Assembly (NCBI GenBank): GCA_035286585.1
Contig: DATEDC010000067.1
Span: 1,272 to 65,271 of the forward strand
DNA: 64,000 nt
Direction of reading: 5' to 3'
DNA from: Anaerolineales bacterium
Lineage (GTDB): Bacteria; Chloroflexota; Anaerolineae; Anaerolineales; UBA4823
The notes under the pieces: generated by a model
Databases searched by the model: none
Told to the model about the DNA's origin: nothing
The model's input: only the letters and a program-made list of their open reading frames with translations
In this document: positions 56,412-64,000 of the stretch, in pieces
Layout: the number at the start of each line of letters is the position of its first letter
Numbering within the stretch: position 1 is the stretch's first letter
Position numbers and translations under genes: made by a program

Positions 56412-57260
56412 ATGGAAAATATATCCCCCCTGAATGTCCCCGCGCTGCTCCGCCAGTTCAATTTACGTCCCGATAAACGCCTGGGGCAGAACTTCCTGAT
56501 GGATGATCACGCCCTGCGGAAAATCACGGATATAGCCGAGATCGCTCCCGACGAGGTGGTCTTAGAAATCGGCCCCGGCCTGGGCAGCCTGACACGCCAC
56601 CTGGCGCGCAAAGCCCATCAGGTTGTCGCAGTGGAGCTGGACGAGCGGCTTATACCGGCGCTGCGCCACGTGCTCGACCCATACCCAAACGTGCGCATCG
56701 TGCAGGGGGATATCCTGCGCCAGGATATCCAGCAGCTCGTCCAGTCCCCGGCTTACCTGGTGGTGGCCAATATCCCTTACTACATCACATCGCTGCTCAT
56801 CCGCCGCCTGTTGGAAGCGCCGCTGCTCCCCAAGCGCCTGGTGCTCACCGTGCAGATGGAGGTCGCCGAGCGCATCTGCGCCGAGCCGGGCAAGCTGAGC
56901 CTGCTGGCGCTCAGCGTTCAAGTTTACGGGCAGCCCAGGGTGCGCGCTCGCCTCCCGGCGGAGGCGTTCCACCCTACCCCCAAGGTGGCTTCAGCCGTCG
57001 TCAGGGTGGACCTGCACACGGCGCCGCGCATCCCCCCAGGCCAGCTAGAGGCCTTTTTCCACCTGGCGAAGGCCGGATTCAGCCAAAAGCGGAAAACGAT
57101 AAAAAACGCCCTGGCAGCCGGCATGCGCTGGACGCCCGCCGAGGGCGAAGCGATTTTAAAGACCGCAGGCATCGACCCGCAGCGCAGGGCAGAAAGCCTC
57201 AGCCTGGATGAATGGGCTCAGTTGGTCGACGCCGTCGAGAAGGGTGCGCCGGAGAGCTGA
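56412..57260 (+). CDS. rsmA: 16S rRNA (adenine1518/1519-N6)-dimethyltransferase
   Basis: LGQNFLMD, VLEIGPGLGSLT, VANIPYYITS. ATG at 56412 chosen; the longer track ORF overlaps the LCP gene. Confidence 0.9.
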   Translation: MENISPLNVPALLRQFNLRPDKRLGQNFLMDDHALRKITDIAEIAPDEVVLEIGPGLGSLTRHLARKAHQVVAVELDERLIPALRHVLDPYPNVRIVQGDILRQDIQQLVQSPAYLVVANIPYYITSLLIRRLLEAPLLPKRLVLTVQMEVAERICAEPGKLSLLALSVQVYGQPRVRARLPAEAFHPTPKVASAVVRVDLHTAPRIPPGQLEAFFHLAKAGFSQKRKTIKNALAAGMRWTPAEGEAILKTAGIDPQRRAESLSLDEWAQLVDAVEKGAPES

Positions 57261-57306
57261 AAGGGATAAGCGGTCAACACAAAGCGAGCAGACCAGACGG
57301 GTCTGT

Positions 57307-58590
57307 CTAGCCAAAAACCGCCAGCAAGAGGCCGGCGAAAAAGCGCATGCCAGCGTTCAGCAACAGCGAATCGCGCAGTCCCACCCAATTGGCGACCAAC
57401 GGACCCAAAAGCGAACCGCCCAGAATACCAATATTCAGCGCCAGGTTATGCAGGGCCATGTGCGCGGGGCGGTCGCCTTCCGGTACGCGTTCCATCAGGC
57501 GGTTGACCAGGCCTCCAATGGTCAAAGCGGTAACTCCGCCGCCGCAGAGCGAAGCGAACCAGAACAAAGTCGCATCCCTTGCGAAAAAGTTCAGCAGCGG
57601 ATAGGAGCCGTACAGCAACGCCCCCAGGATCATCACCTTGCGGTGCCCCAAGCGGGCGCTCACCCGGTTCAAACCCAGCGAGGCCATGAACATGGCGCCA
57701 TAGAACAGCGCGCTGCCCAGGCTGATCTGACCGTCGGTTAGCTTCAGATCGTTCACGAAGAACAGAGGGTAAAGCGGGATCGAGGCGTATTGAGCGGCAT
57801 AGAATAACAAAAAAGCCAGCAAAAATGGGCCAAACGAGCCTTTGAGCAGCTCCAAGCGCAGGAGAGATCTCCCACCAGACCTGGTTAAAAAACGCAAGCC
57901 CAAGGGACCTCGAAAGGCGTCTAAAAAGCGCGGCATGCCTGGGCGGGCGGGGTCCATCAGCAGCCTCCAGACCCGCACGGGCGCTTCACCTATGCTGCGG
58001 ATGCGCGCCAGGTGGTAGCTGCTGAGGATCGCTCCCAGCGCGCCGGCAGCAAATACCACCTGGTAATTGCCGGGGAAATCGAGCCGATCCAGCACCTGGC
58101 CGCTCAACAGCGAGGTCACCGTCATACTGATCGATAAAAGCGCGTTCCGCTTGCCAACGACCTGGGCGCGCCAGTCTGGGGCTACTACCTCGGCGAACAT
58201 GGCGTTGAAGGCGATCGCCAGCAGCGTGCCAGGCACCGACATGACTAAAACAATGAAACCGATCCCCCAAACCTGCGCCGGGGCTGGCAGTAGCCAGGGC
58301 AGGGGGATCAGCAAAAGATAGCCCAGCCGGTGCCACACCGATGACCAGAAGGCCACGCCGATCAGCGGGCGTTTTTCCAGCCAGCGACCCGCCGGCATGG
58401 AAAACAATAAATTCACCAGCCCCGGACCTGCCGATAGCAAGCTGACCTGAAAGCTGGTCGCGCCCTGGCGAGCTGCAAACACCCCCAGGAAAGCCATCGC
58501 GCTGCCGGCTAATACGCCAAACCAAAAAATGTCGGCGTACAGATTGTGAAAATTTGTCCGCATTTCGGAGCTGAGAAGCGAGGCGCTCAT
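57307..58590 (-). CDS. MFS transporter
   Basis: 427 aa, 12 predicted TM helices, MFS-like loop (MPAGRWLEKRP). ATGA overlap with the upstream GT2 gene. Confidence 0.85.
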   Translation of the reverse strand: MSASLLSSEMRTNFHNLYADIFWFGVLAGSAMAFLGVFAARQGATSFQVSLLSAGPGLVNLLFSMPAGRWLEKRPLIGVAFWSSVWHRLGYLLLIPLPWLLPAPAQVWGIGFIVLVMSVPGTLLAIAFNAMFAEVVAPDWRAQVVGKRNALLSISMTVTSLLSGQVLDRLDFPGNYQVVFAAGALGAILSSYHLARIRSIGEAPVRVWRLLMDPARPGMPRFLDAFRGPLGLRFLTRSGGRSLLRLELLKGSFGPFLLAFLLFYAAQYASIPLYPLFFVNDLKLTDGQISLGSALFYGAMFMASLGLNRVSARLGHRKVMILGALLYGSYPLLNFFARDATLFWFASLCGGGVTALTIGGLVNRLMERVPEGDRPAHMALHNLALNIGILGGSLLGPLVANWVGLRDSLLLNAGMRFFAGLLLAVFG

Positions 58591-59303
58591 AAATTGCGGT
58601 ATTCAAGCAGGAGCTGCCAGACGCGTATTGCGGCCTCTTTTTGAATCCTAAAGGACATTTTGGATTGGCCTACACAGCGGTCGGCAAAATAAAACGGCAC
58701 TTCGCGAATCGAATACCCCAGGCGATACGCCAGGTAGGCCATCTCTATCTGGAACGCATAACCATTGGAACGCACCCTGCCCAGAGGCATGCTCAGGAGG
58801 GCTTCTCGCCTCCACATGCGATAGCCGCCGGTCGCATCCTGGACAGGAAACCTGAGGATGGTGCGGGCATAAATGTTGCCAAAGGCGGACAAGGCTTTGC
58901 GCCAGACAGGCCAGTTTTGATCCACAGACCCGCCGGGGATGTAGCGCGAACCCATTGCCACGTCGCACGCCTGCAAGACCTGGTAGAGATTCACGAGCAG
59001 ATCAGGTGGGTGGGAAAAATCCGCGTCCATCTGGGCGACCGCTTCAGCGCCCTGGCTGATCGCCTGCTGAAATCCCAGGATATACGCTGTGCCCAGACCC
59101 AGCTTCCCGCTCCGATGGATAACCTGCATCCGTCCCGGATATGTCTGGCTGAGCTGTTCGGCGATCTCCCCGGTGCCATCCGGGCTGTTATCATCCACGA
59201 CCAGCACCTTGAGCCCGCCAATCGGCAGCGCAAACAGAGCGGAGACCAGCCCGAGGATGTTCTCCGCTTCATTGTAAGTGGGTGTGACAACAGTTAGCTG
59301 CAC
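58587..59303 (-). CDS. GT2 polyprenol-phosphate mannosyl/glycosyl transferase (Dpm1/Ppm1-like)
   Basis: VVTPTYNEAEN, VVDDNSPDGT, MDADFSHPP, GGYRMWRRE motifs. Confidence 0.85.
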   Translation of the reverse strand: MQLTVVTPTYNEAENILGLVSALFALPIGGLKVLVVDDNSPDGTGEIAEQLSQTYPGRMQVIHRSGKLGLGTAYILGFQQAISQGAEAVAQMDADFSHPPDLLVNLYQVLQACDVAMGSRYIPGGSVDQNWPVWRKALSAFGNIYARTILRFPVQDATGGYRMWRREALLSMPLGRVRSNGYAFQIEMAYLAYRLGYSIREVPFYFADRCVGQSKMSFRIQKEAAIRVWQLLLEYRNL

Positions 59304-59321
59304 AGGAACTTCATCTATCCC

Positions 59322-59957
59322 CTAGAGCAGCGGTGTTTTCAGGATCACAAAATCGCAAACGTTGTCCCCCTTGGCGATGCACTTATCCTCGTCCACTCGG
59401 AACTCATTGCCGCCAGACAGCCACTTCAAGCCTTCTTTGAGCAGCCCAGCAGCCATGAAACAGACCGGCCTATCCACTCCGCTCCGTCCCCAGCAAACCG
59501 GGCAGCGATGAATGGTGTAGAGATAGTCGTGCTCGCGTTCCTGGACGGTGGAATACTGGTCGCTGATCTGGCTGAAGATCTTGGCCATGGCGGGGATGCC
59601 GATGCGCATCTTGACGCCCATGGGCAGCACCTTGAAAGCCAGGTCGCCCACGCCCGCCAGGGCGCCGAAGTTGCGCAGGGAATCGGCAAAGGCGGTCCTG
59701 CCCGCCCGCAAGGCAAGACCGCGCCCGCCGCGCGGCCCGAAAAACTCCTCCAGCGCCAGGTTGATGGCGGAAAAATCGGCGAAATTGAACTGGCGTTCCA
59801 GGTTATCCGGAGGATAGTTATCGATCAGGTGAGGGAGGCGAGCCAGGTTGAGGATGGCGTTCAGGCCATTCTTGCCCATCACCTCTTCCAACGCCTTCAG
59901 GGTGATCAGCGCGATCTTATTGGCGTAATGGTATTCGCTCTTGGGGATCGGTTCCAT
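59322..59957 (-). CDS. V4R (4-vinyl reductase) domain protein
   Basis: C-terminal CPVCWGR...CFMAAGLLKEGLKWLSGG...CIAKGDNVCDF cysteine pattern is typical of V4R small-molecule-binding domains. Confidence 0.65.
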   Translation of the reverse strand: MEPIPKSEYHYANKIALITLKALEEVMGKNGLNAILNLARLPHLIDNYPPDNLERQFNFADFSAINLALEEFFGPRGGRGLALRAGRTAFADSLRNFGALAGVGDLAFKVLPMGVKMRIGIPAMAKIFSQISDQYSTVQEREHDYLYTIHRCPVCWGRSGVDRPVCFMAAGLLKEGLKWLSGGNEFRVDEDKCIAKGDNVCDFVILKTPLL

Positions 59958-60001
59958 GATAAGGAATCTTCAATAGAGAATCTTCAAAAAAGGCTTCTTG
60001 C

Positions 60002-60373
60002 TCAAATGAGTTTCACCAGGTCTTCGGTGGCACGGCGCATATCCAGGAAAATCAACCCCAACTTGGCCTGCTCGCGGGCCAGCGCGGTAAGCACAGCCTC
60101 CTCGCCGACCGACATCAAGACCACGTAACCGGAGGCGCCTTTGATGTACACCTGGTCGAGCGCGCCGCGTCCCAACTCGGAAGCAATCCGCTCGCCCAAT
60201 GAGAGCATCGCGGCCGACATCGCCGAAACCCGATCTTCCTCAACGCCCTGGGGGAGCGCTGAAGCAATACTGAGCCCATCCACGCTGACAATTGCAGAAG
60301 CCTCAATGTCAGGCGAGGAAGCCTGCATATCCCGCAGGCGTTCAACCATCATCTGGGAGCGAGATTTCGTCAA
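60002..60373 (-). CDS. Roadblock/LC7 (MglB-like) domain protein
   Basis: IEASAIVSVDGLSIAS....AAMLSLGERIASELGRG.LDQVYIKGASGYVVL matches the Roadblock/LC7 fold signature. Confidence 0.8.
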   Translation of the reverse strand: MTKSRSQMMVERLRDMQASSPDIEASAIVSVDGLSIASALPQGVEEDRVSAMSAAMLSLGERIASELGRGALDQVYIKGASGYVVLMSVGEEAVLTALAREQAKLGLIFLDMRRATEDLVKLI

Positions 60374-60685
60374 AGTGCATCACTCCTTACTATAAAATAA
60401 TTACAAGAGGCTGGCGAACCCTGGAGAAACCGGGTTTTCCCCTGTTCAGGCGGAATCCTTTTAATCAGTCAAAGGCCCGATTTCAATTTCAGGTTCTCCC
60501 CATGCCCTGGGGTAATCGTCCCAGGGTATGGTAAATGTAGCATAGGGACTGCACAGTGTCAAGCTAACCTTGCGATTGTGTGAAGCAATTCCCGGATACG
60601 GAGGAGATTGCTTCACTCGCAGAGAACGCTTGTTCGCAATGACGGATTCCTTGAGGAGGAAGGTGAGAACAGCAGGATGACTACA

Positions 60686-60694
60686 TGCTATAAT
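60686..60694 (+). promoter_or_regulatory. Extended -10 element TGCTATAAT upstream of ubiD-family gene
   Basis: TG at 60686-60687 and TATAAT at 60689-60694, 29 nt before the ATG at 60724. No good -35. Confidence 0.4.
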
Positions 60695-60723
60695 TAGCCG
60701 GTTTTCTTTCAGGAGTGTGCAGC

Positions 60724-62187
60724 ATGAGCTTACAGAATGTGCGCGAGTTCGTTGAAGTGCTGGAAAAGCGCGGCCAGCTCTCCCGCGTCAAGCTGCCGGT
60801 ATCGCCCCATCTGGAGATCAGCGAAATCACCGACCGGGTGAGCAAAGGTCACCCCGAGGCGAACAAAGCCCTGTTGTTCGAGAACCCCAGCGGCTACGAT
60901 ATCCCGGTCCTGATGAACGCCTTCGGCAGCGCCGAACGGATGGCTCTGGCGCTCGGCGTGGAGAACCTGGAGGTATTGAACCACAGGCTGGCCGAGCTGA
61001 TCGATTTACGCCTGCCTCAGGGCTTCAGCGAGATACTGAAGCGCGGGCGTGACGTGTGGGCTGCCTTGAAGTCCGTCGGCCTGGGGCCGAAAAAGGTGCG
61101 CCGCGCCCCGGTCCAGGAAGTGGTCAGCAAAGAAAACCCCACCCTGGATTCTTTGCCGATCCTGCAATGCTGGCCGAAAGACGGCGGCAAATTCATCACC
61201 CTGCCGCAGGTGATCACCCGCGACCCCAACACAAGAAGTCGGAACGTGGGCCTATACCGGCTGCAAGTCATCGACGAGCAAACGCTGCTGGTGCACTGGC
61301 AGCGGCATAAAGGCGGCGCCGAGCACGAGCGGGTGGCGCGGGAAGCGCAGAAAGAAAACATACCCGCGGCGATTATATTGGGCGGCGACCCGGCCAGCAT
61401 GTGGTGCGCCTCAGCGCCCCTGCCCCCCAACATCGATGAATACATGCTGGCAGGCTACCTGCGCGGCGCTCCGGTCGAATTCGTGGACTGCGTTTCCCAG
61501 CCCCTCGAAGTCCCCGCCCAGGCGGAAATCGTCATCGAAGGGTACGTGAATCCCAACGAACACCGCCCCGAAGGTCCCTTTGGCGACCACACCGGCTACT
61601 ACACGCCCATCGAGCCGTTCCCCGTATTTCACGTCACGGCGATAACCCGGCGGAAGAACCCCATTTACCCATCGACCGTGGTAGGCATCCCGCCCATGGA
61701 GGACGTGTGGATGGGTAAAGCTACCGAGCGCCTGTTTCTACCGCTGATGCGCATGTTCCTGCCGGAGATCCGCGACGTCAATATGCCCGCCGAGGGCATA
61801 TTCCACAACCTGGTGCTGGTGTCGATCAAAAAGCGCTACCCCGGCCACGCCCGCAAAGTGATCTTCGGCCTGTGGGGACTGGCGCTGATGTCATTGGCCA
61901 AAGCGATCGTCGTGGTAGACGATTGGGTGGACGTGCAGGACCTGTCGCAAACCGCCTGGCAGGCGCTGGGAAATGTGGACTGGTCGCGGGACGTGGTCAT
62001 CGCCAACGGGCCGGTAGATCACCTCGACCACGCTTCGTACCAGCACTCATTTGGAGGTAAAATCGGGATTGACGCGACTGCCAAGCTCCCGGAAGAGGGC
62101 TACAACCGCACATGGCCAGAAGTGATCGGCATGGACCCGCAGGTGAAGAGGCGGGTGGACGAGATGTGGAAGAAATTAAGAATATAA
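60724..62187 (+). CDS. UbiD-family (prenylated-FMN-dependent) decarboxylase
   Basis: CWPKDGGKFITLP, VGLYRLQV, WQRHKGGA and GPFGDHTGYY are UbiD family motifs. AGGAG RBS 8 nt upstream. Confidence 0.9.
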   Translation: MSLQNVREFVEVLEKRGQLSRVKLPVSPHLEISEITDRVSKGHPEANKALLFENPSGYDIPVLMNAFGSAERMALALGVENLEVLNHRLAELIDLRLPQGFSEILKRGRDVWAALKSVGLGPKKVRRAPVQEVVSKENPTLDSLPILQCWPKDGGKFITLPQVITRDPNTRSRNVGLYRLQVIDEQTLLVHWQRHKGGAEHERVAREAQKENIPAAIILGGDPASMWCASAPLPPNIDEYMLAGYLRGAPVEFVDCVSQPLEVPAQAEIVIEGYVNPNEHRPEGPFGDHTGYYTPIEPFPVFHVTAITRRKNPIYPSTVVGIPPMEDVWMGKATERLFLPLMRMFLPEIRDVNMPAEGIFHNLVLVSIKKRYPGHARKVIFGLWGLALMSLAKAIVVVDDWVDVQDLSQTAWQALGNVDWSRDVVIANGPVDHLDHASYQHSFGGKIGIDATAKLPEEGYNRTWPEVIGMDPQVKRRVDEMWKKLRI

Positions 62188-62212
62188 AAGCCAAAGGAGA
62201 ACCTACCCAGTT

Positions 62213-63181
62213 ATGCAAGCAAAAAACCTCATCCGCAAGACAATCTGGTTCTTGAGCGCGCTTGCCTTGCTCCTGGGAGCCTGCGCCAAGGCGCCCCAAA
62301 CCGAGGCTGCACCGGTCACCCTGAAAATCGCCGTGCTGCCCATCATGGACAACCTGCCCATGTACGTCGCCGACCAGGAAGGCCTGTTTGCCGAGCACAA
62401 CCTGAAGGTGGAATTCATCCCGGTCAGCTCGGCAGCCGAGCGCGACCAGGTGATCGCCTCCGGCCAGGCGGACGGCATGATCAACGAGGTGGTCTCTACC
62501 CACCTGTACAACAAGGAGCAGATCCAGATCCAAATCGTGCGCTTTGCGCGCACCGCCACCTCAACCTCGCCGCAGTATTACATCCTGGCTTCGGGGAAGA
62601 GCGGCATCACCACGCCCGAGGGCTTGAAGGGCGTAGAAATCGGCATCTCCCAGGGGACGGTGATCGAGTACATCACCGACCGCCTGCTCCAGGCAGAGGG
62701 CTTATCCTCCAGCGATATCAAGACGGTCGCCGTGCCCAGCATTGCCGACCGCATGGCGCTGTTGAGCGCCGGCGAGCTGAGCGCCGCCACGCTGCCCGAT
62801 CCGCTGTCCTTCCTGGCCATCCAGCAAGGCGCGGTGGTCGTCCTGGATGACTCGGTACATCCAGAATACGGATACAGCACGCTCTCTTTTCGCAAAGCGT
62901 TCATCGACCAGAACCCTGAAGCGATCCGAGCTTTCCTGGCAGCCGTCGAAGAAGCCACCGGGCTGATCAACAGCAACCCTACCCAGTGGGACAGCCTGCT
63001 GGTGGAGCGCCAGCTCGTCCCCCAGCCATTGATGGGCACATACCAGGTGCCTCCCTATCCAACTGCCAGCGTGCCCAACCAGGCTCAGTGGGATGACGTG
63101 GCGGCGTGGATGAAAGACAAGGGATTGCTGGACGCGGATGTCTCTTACACAGATTCGGTGAACGCCAGCTTTTTACCCTGA
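62213..63181 (+). CDS. ABC transporter substrate-binding lipoprotein (NMT1/SsuA-like, nitrate/sulfonate/bicarbonate family)
   Basis: Lipobox LLLGAC. LKIAVLPIMDNLPMYVA and GQADGMI pattern is typical of the SsuA/NMT1 family. Confidence 0.75.
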   Translation: MQAKNLIRKTIWFLSALALLLGACAKAPQTEAAPVTLKIAVLPIMDNLPMYVADQEGLFAEHNLKVEFIPVSSAAERDQVIASGQADGMINEVVSTHLYNKEQIQIQIVRFARTATSTSPQYYILASGKSGITTPEGLKGVEIGISQGTVIEYITDRLLQAEGLSSSDIKTVAVPSIADRMALLSAGELSAATLPDPLSFLAIQQGAVVVLDDSVHPEYGYSTLSFRKAFIDQNPEAIRAFLAAVEEATGLINSNPTQWDSLLVERQLVPQPLMGTYQVPPYPTASVPNQAQWDDVAAWMKDKGLLDADVSYTDSVNASFLP

Positions 63182-63254
63182 GGACGATTGAGTGGTCGTA
63201 TTGGGCAGCCCGCCTTCGCAGGGCTGCCCAATACCTTCGCAGCGGCTTGCAGCC

Positions 63255-64000
63255 ATGATCGAAACAATTTCCCTGACCTATGCCTATAACGCGGGCATTT
63301 TTATCTTCAAAGACTTCAACTGGAAGGCGCAGCGCGGGGAAACCTGGGCTGTCTTAGGTCCATCTGGCTGCGGCAAAACCACCCTGCTCTACCTGCTGGC
63401 AGGGCTGCGCCTGCCCACCTCCGGGGTGGTGCTGATCAACAACCAGGCGCTGACCCGGCCGCGACCTCGCACCGGCCTGATCTTGCAAGATTACGGGCTG
63501 CTCCCCTGGGCAACCGTGCAGCAGAACGCCGCCCTCGGCCTGCGGGTGCGCAATTTCTACGGACCGGATGGCACGCACGCGCCCGAGAACTACCTCCCCC
63601 ACCTGCACGTGAGGCCCTGGCTGGAACGCCTGGGGCTGGCTTCGCTGGCAGACAAGTATCCCGGGCAGCTTTCCGGCGGGCAGCGCCAGCGCACCGCCAT
63701 CGCCCGCACCCTGGCCTTGCAACCCGACCTGCTGCTGATGGACGAGCCTTTCTCCTCCCTGGACGCCCCCACGCGGGAGAGCCTGCAAAACCTGACCCTG
63801 GAACTGCAGAAAGAGAACGACCTGACCCTGGTGATCGTGACCCACTCCATCGAGGAAGCGGCGGTGATGGGCAGCAAGATTTTACTGCTCGCCCCGCCCC
63901 CCAACACCCAGGCGGAGGTGATCGAAAACCCAGTCGCCAGCCAGCCGGGCTACCGCAGCTCGTTCGAATACACGCGCATAACCCAGGAGCTGCGCCTCCG
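63255..64000 (+). CDS. ABC transporter ATP-binding protein (SsuB/TauB-like), 3' end beyond window
   Basis: Absent from the ORF track because no stop is reached. Hand translation from the ATG at 63255 gives Walker A GPSGCGKTT, LSGGQRQRTAIAR, LLLMDEP and VTHSIEEA with no stop through nt 64000. Confidence 0.85.
   Translation, partial: MIETISLTYAYNAGIFIFKDFNWKAQRGETWAVLGPSGCGKTTLLYLLAGLRLPTSGVVLINNQALTRPRPRTGLILQDYGLLPWATVQQNAALGLRVRNFYGPDGTHAPENYLPHLHVRPWLERLGLASLADKYPGQLSGGQRQRTAIARTLALQPDLLLMDEPFSSLDAPTRESLQNLTLELQKENDLTLVIVTHSIEEAAVMGSKILLLAPPPNTQAEVIENPVASQPGYRSSFEYTRITQELRL

Noticed and set aside
55340-56461. 373-aa minus-strand ORF overlapping the LCP gene
   Set aside because: The plus strand has clear LytR-CpsA-Psr motifs. 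The antisense product has no motifs and a biased Arg/Gly/Ala composition.

Overview
High-GC (roughly 60% by eye) bacterial chromosomal window. The gene content suggests Chloroflexota, but that is inference only. Most of it is ordinary housekeeping. In order: a 5'-truncated giant multi-GAF histidine kinase plus receiver; a TPP-riboswitch-controlled thiamine salvage operon (thiamine pyrophosphokinase plus ABC importer); rhodanese/DUF402; a small membrane-protein operon; two tandem DUF3048 lipoproteins; a pyrC-pyrB-pyrF::pyrE-pyrD operon with an attenuator-like leader; surE; a Rieske / cytochrome b / 2x dihaem cytochrome c operon; and a Zn-ADH. Next comes a small AT-rich islet beside tRNA-Ser(GGA) holding an orphan Phd/YefM antitoxin and a Zn-ribbon mini-protein. 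After it: a GH1 beta-glucosidase behind a triple palindromic repeat; thiolase; folK; aconitase; folP; envelope glycopolymer genes (flippase, sugar transferase, LCP, GT2, MFS); rsmA; a V4R + Roadblock/LC7 pair; UbiD; and an ABC importer whose ATPase runs off the right edge and is missing from the ORF track. The most unusual locus is 43.1-52.2 kb. There an ECF sigma / DUF5667-type anti-sigma pair sits directly upstream of a free-standing Tad-type pseudopilin module: TadE fused to five Calx-beta repeats, an 800-aa secreted propeller-like protein, a TadE-like protein and a TadG-like protein. No pilin, motor, platform or peptidase gene occurs in the window. A diverged paralogous sigma/anti-sigma pair lies at 36.5-38.4 kb, and both sigma genes carry the same GTAAC-N16-CGTT promoter-like motif. 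No CRISPR array, transposase, integrase or rRNA was seen.
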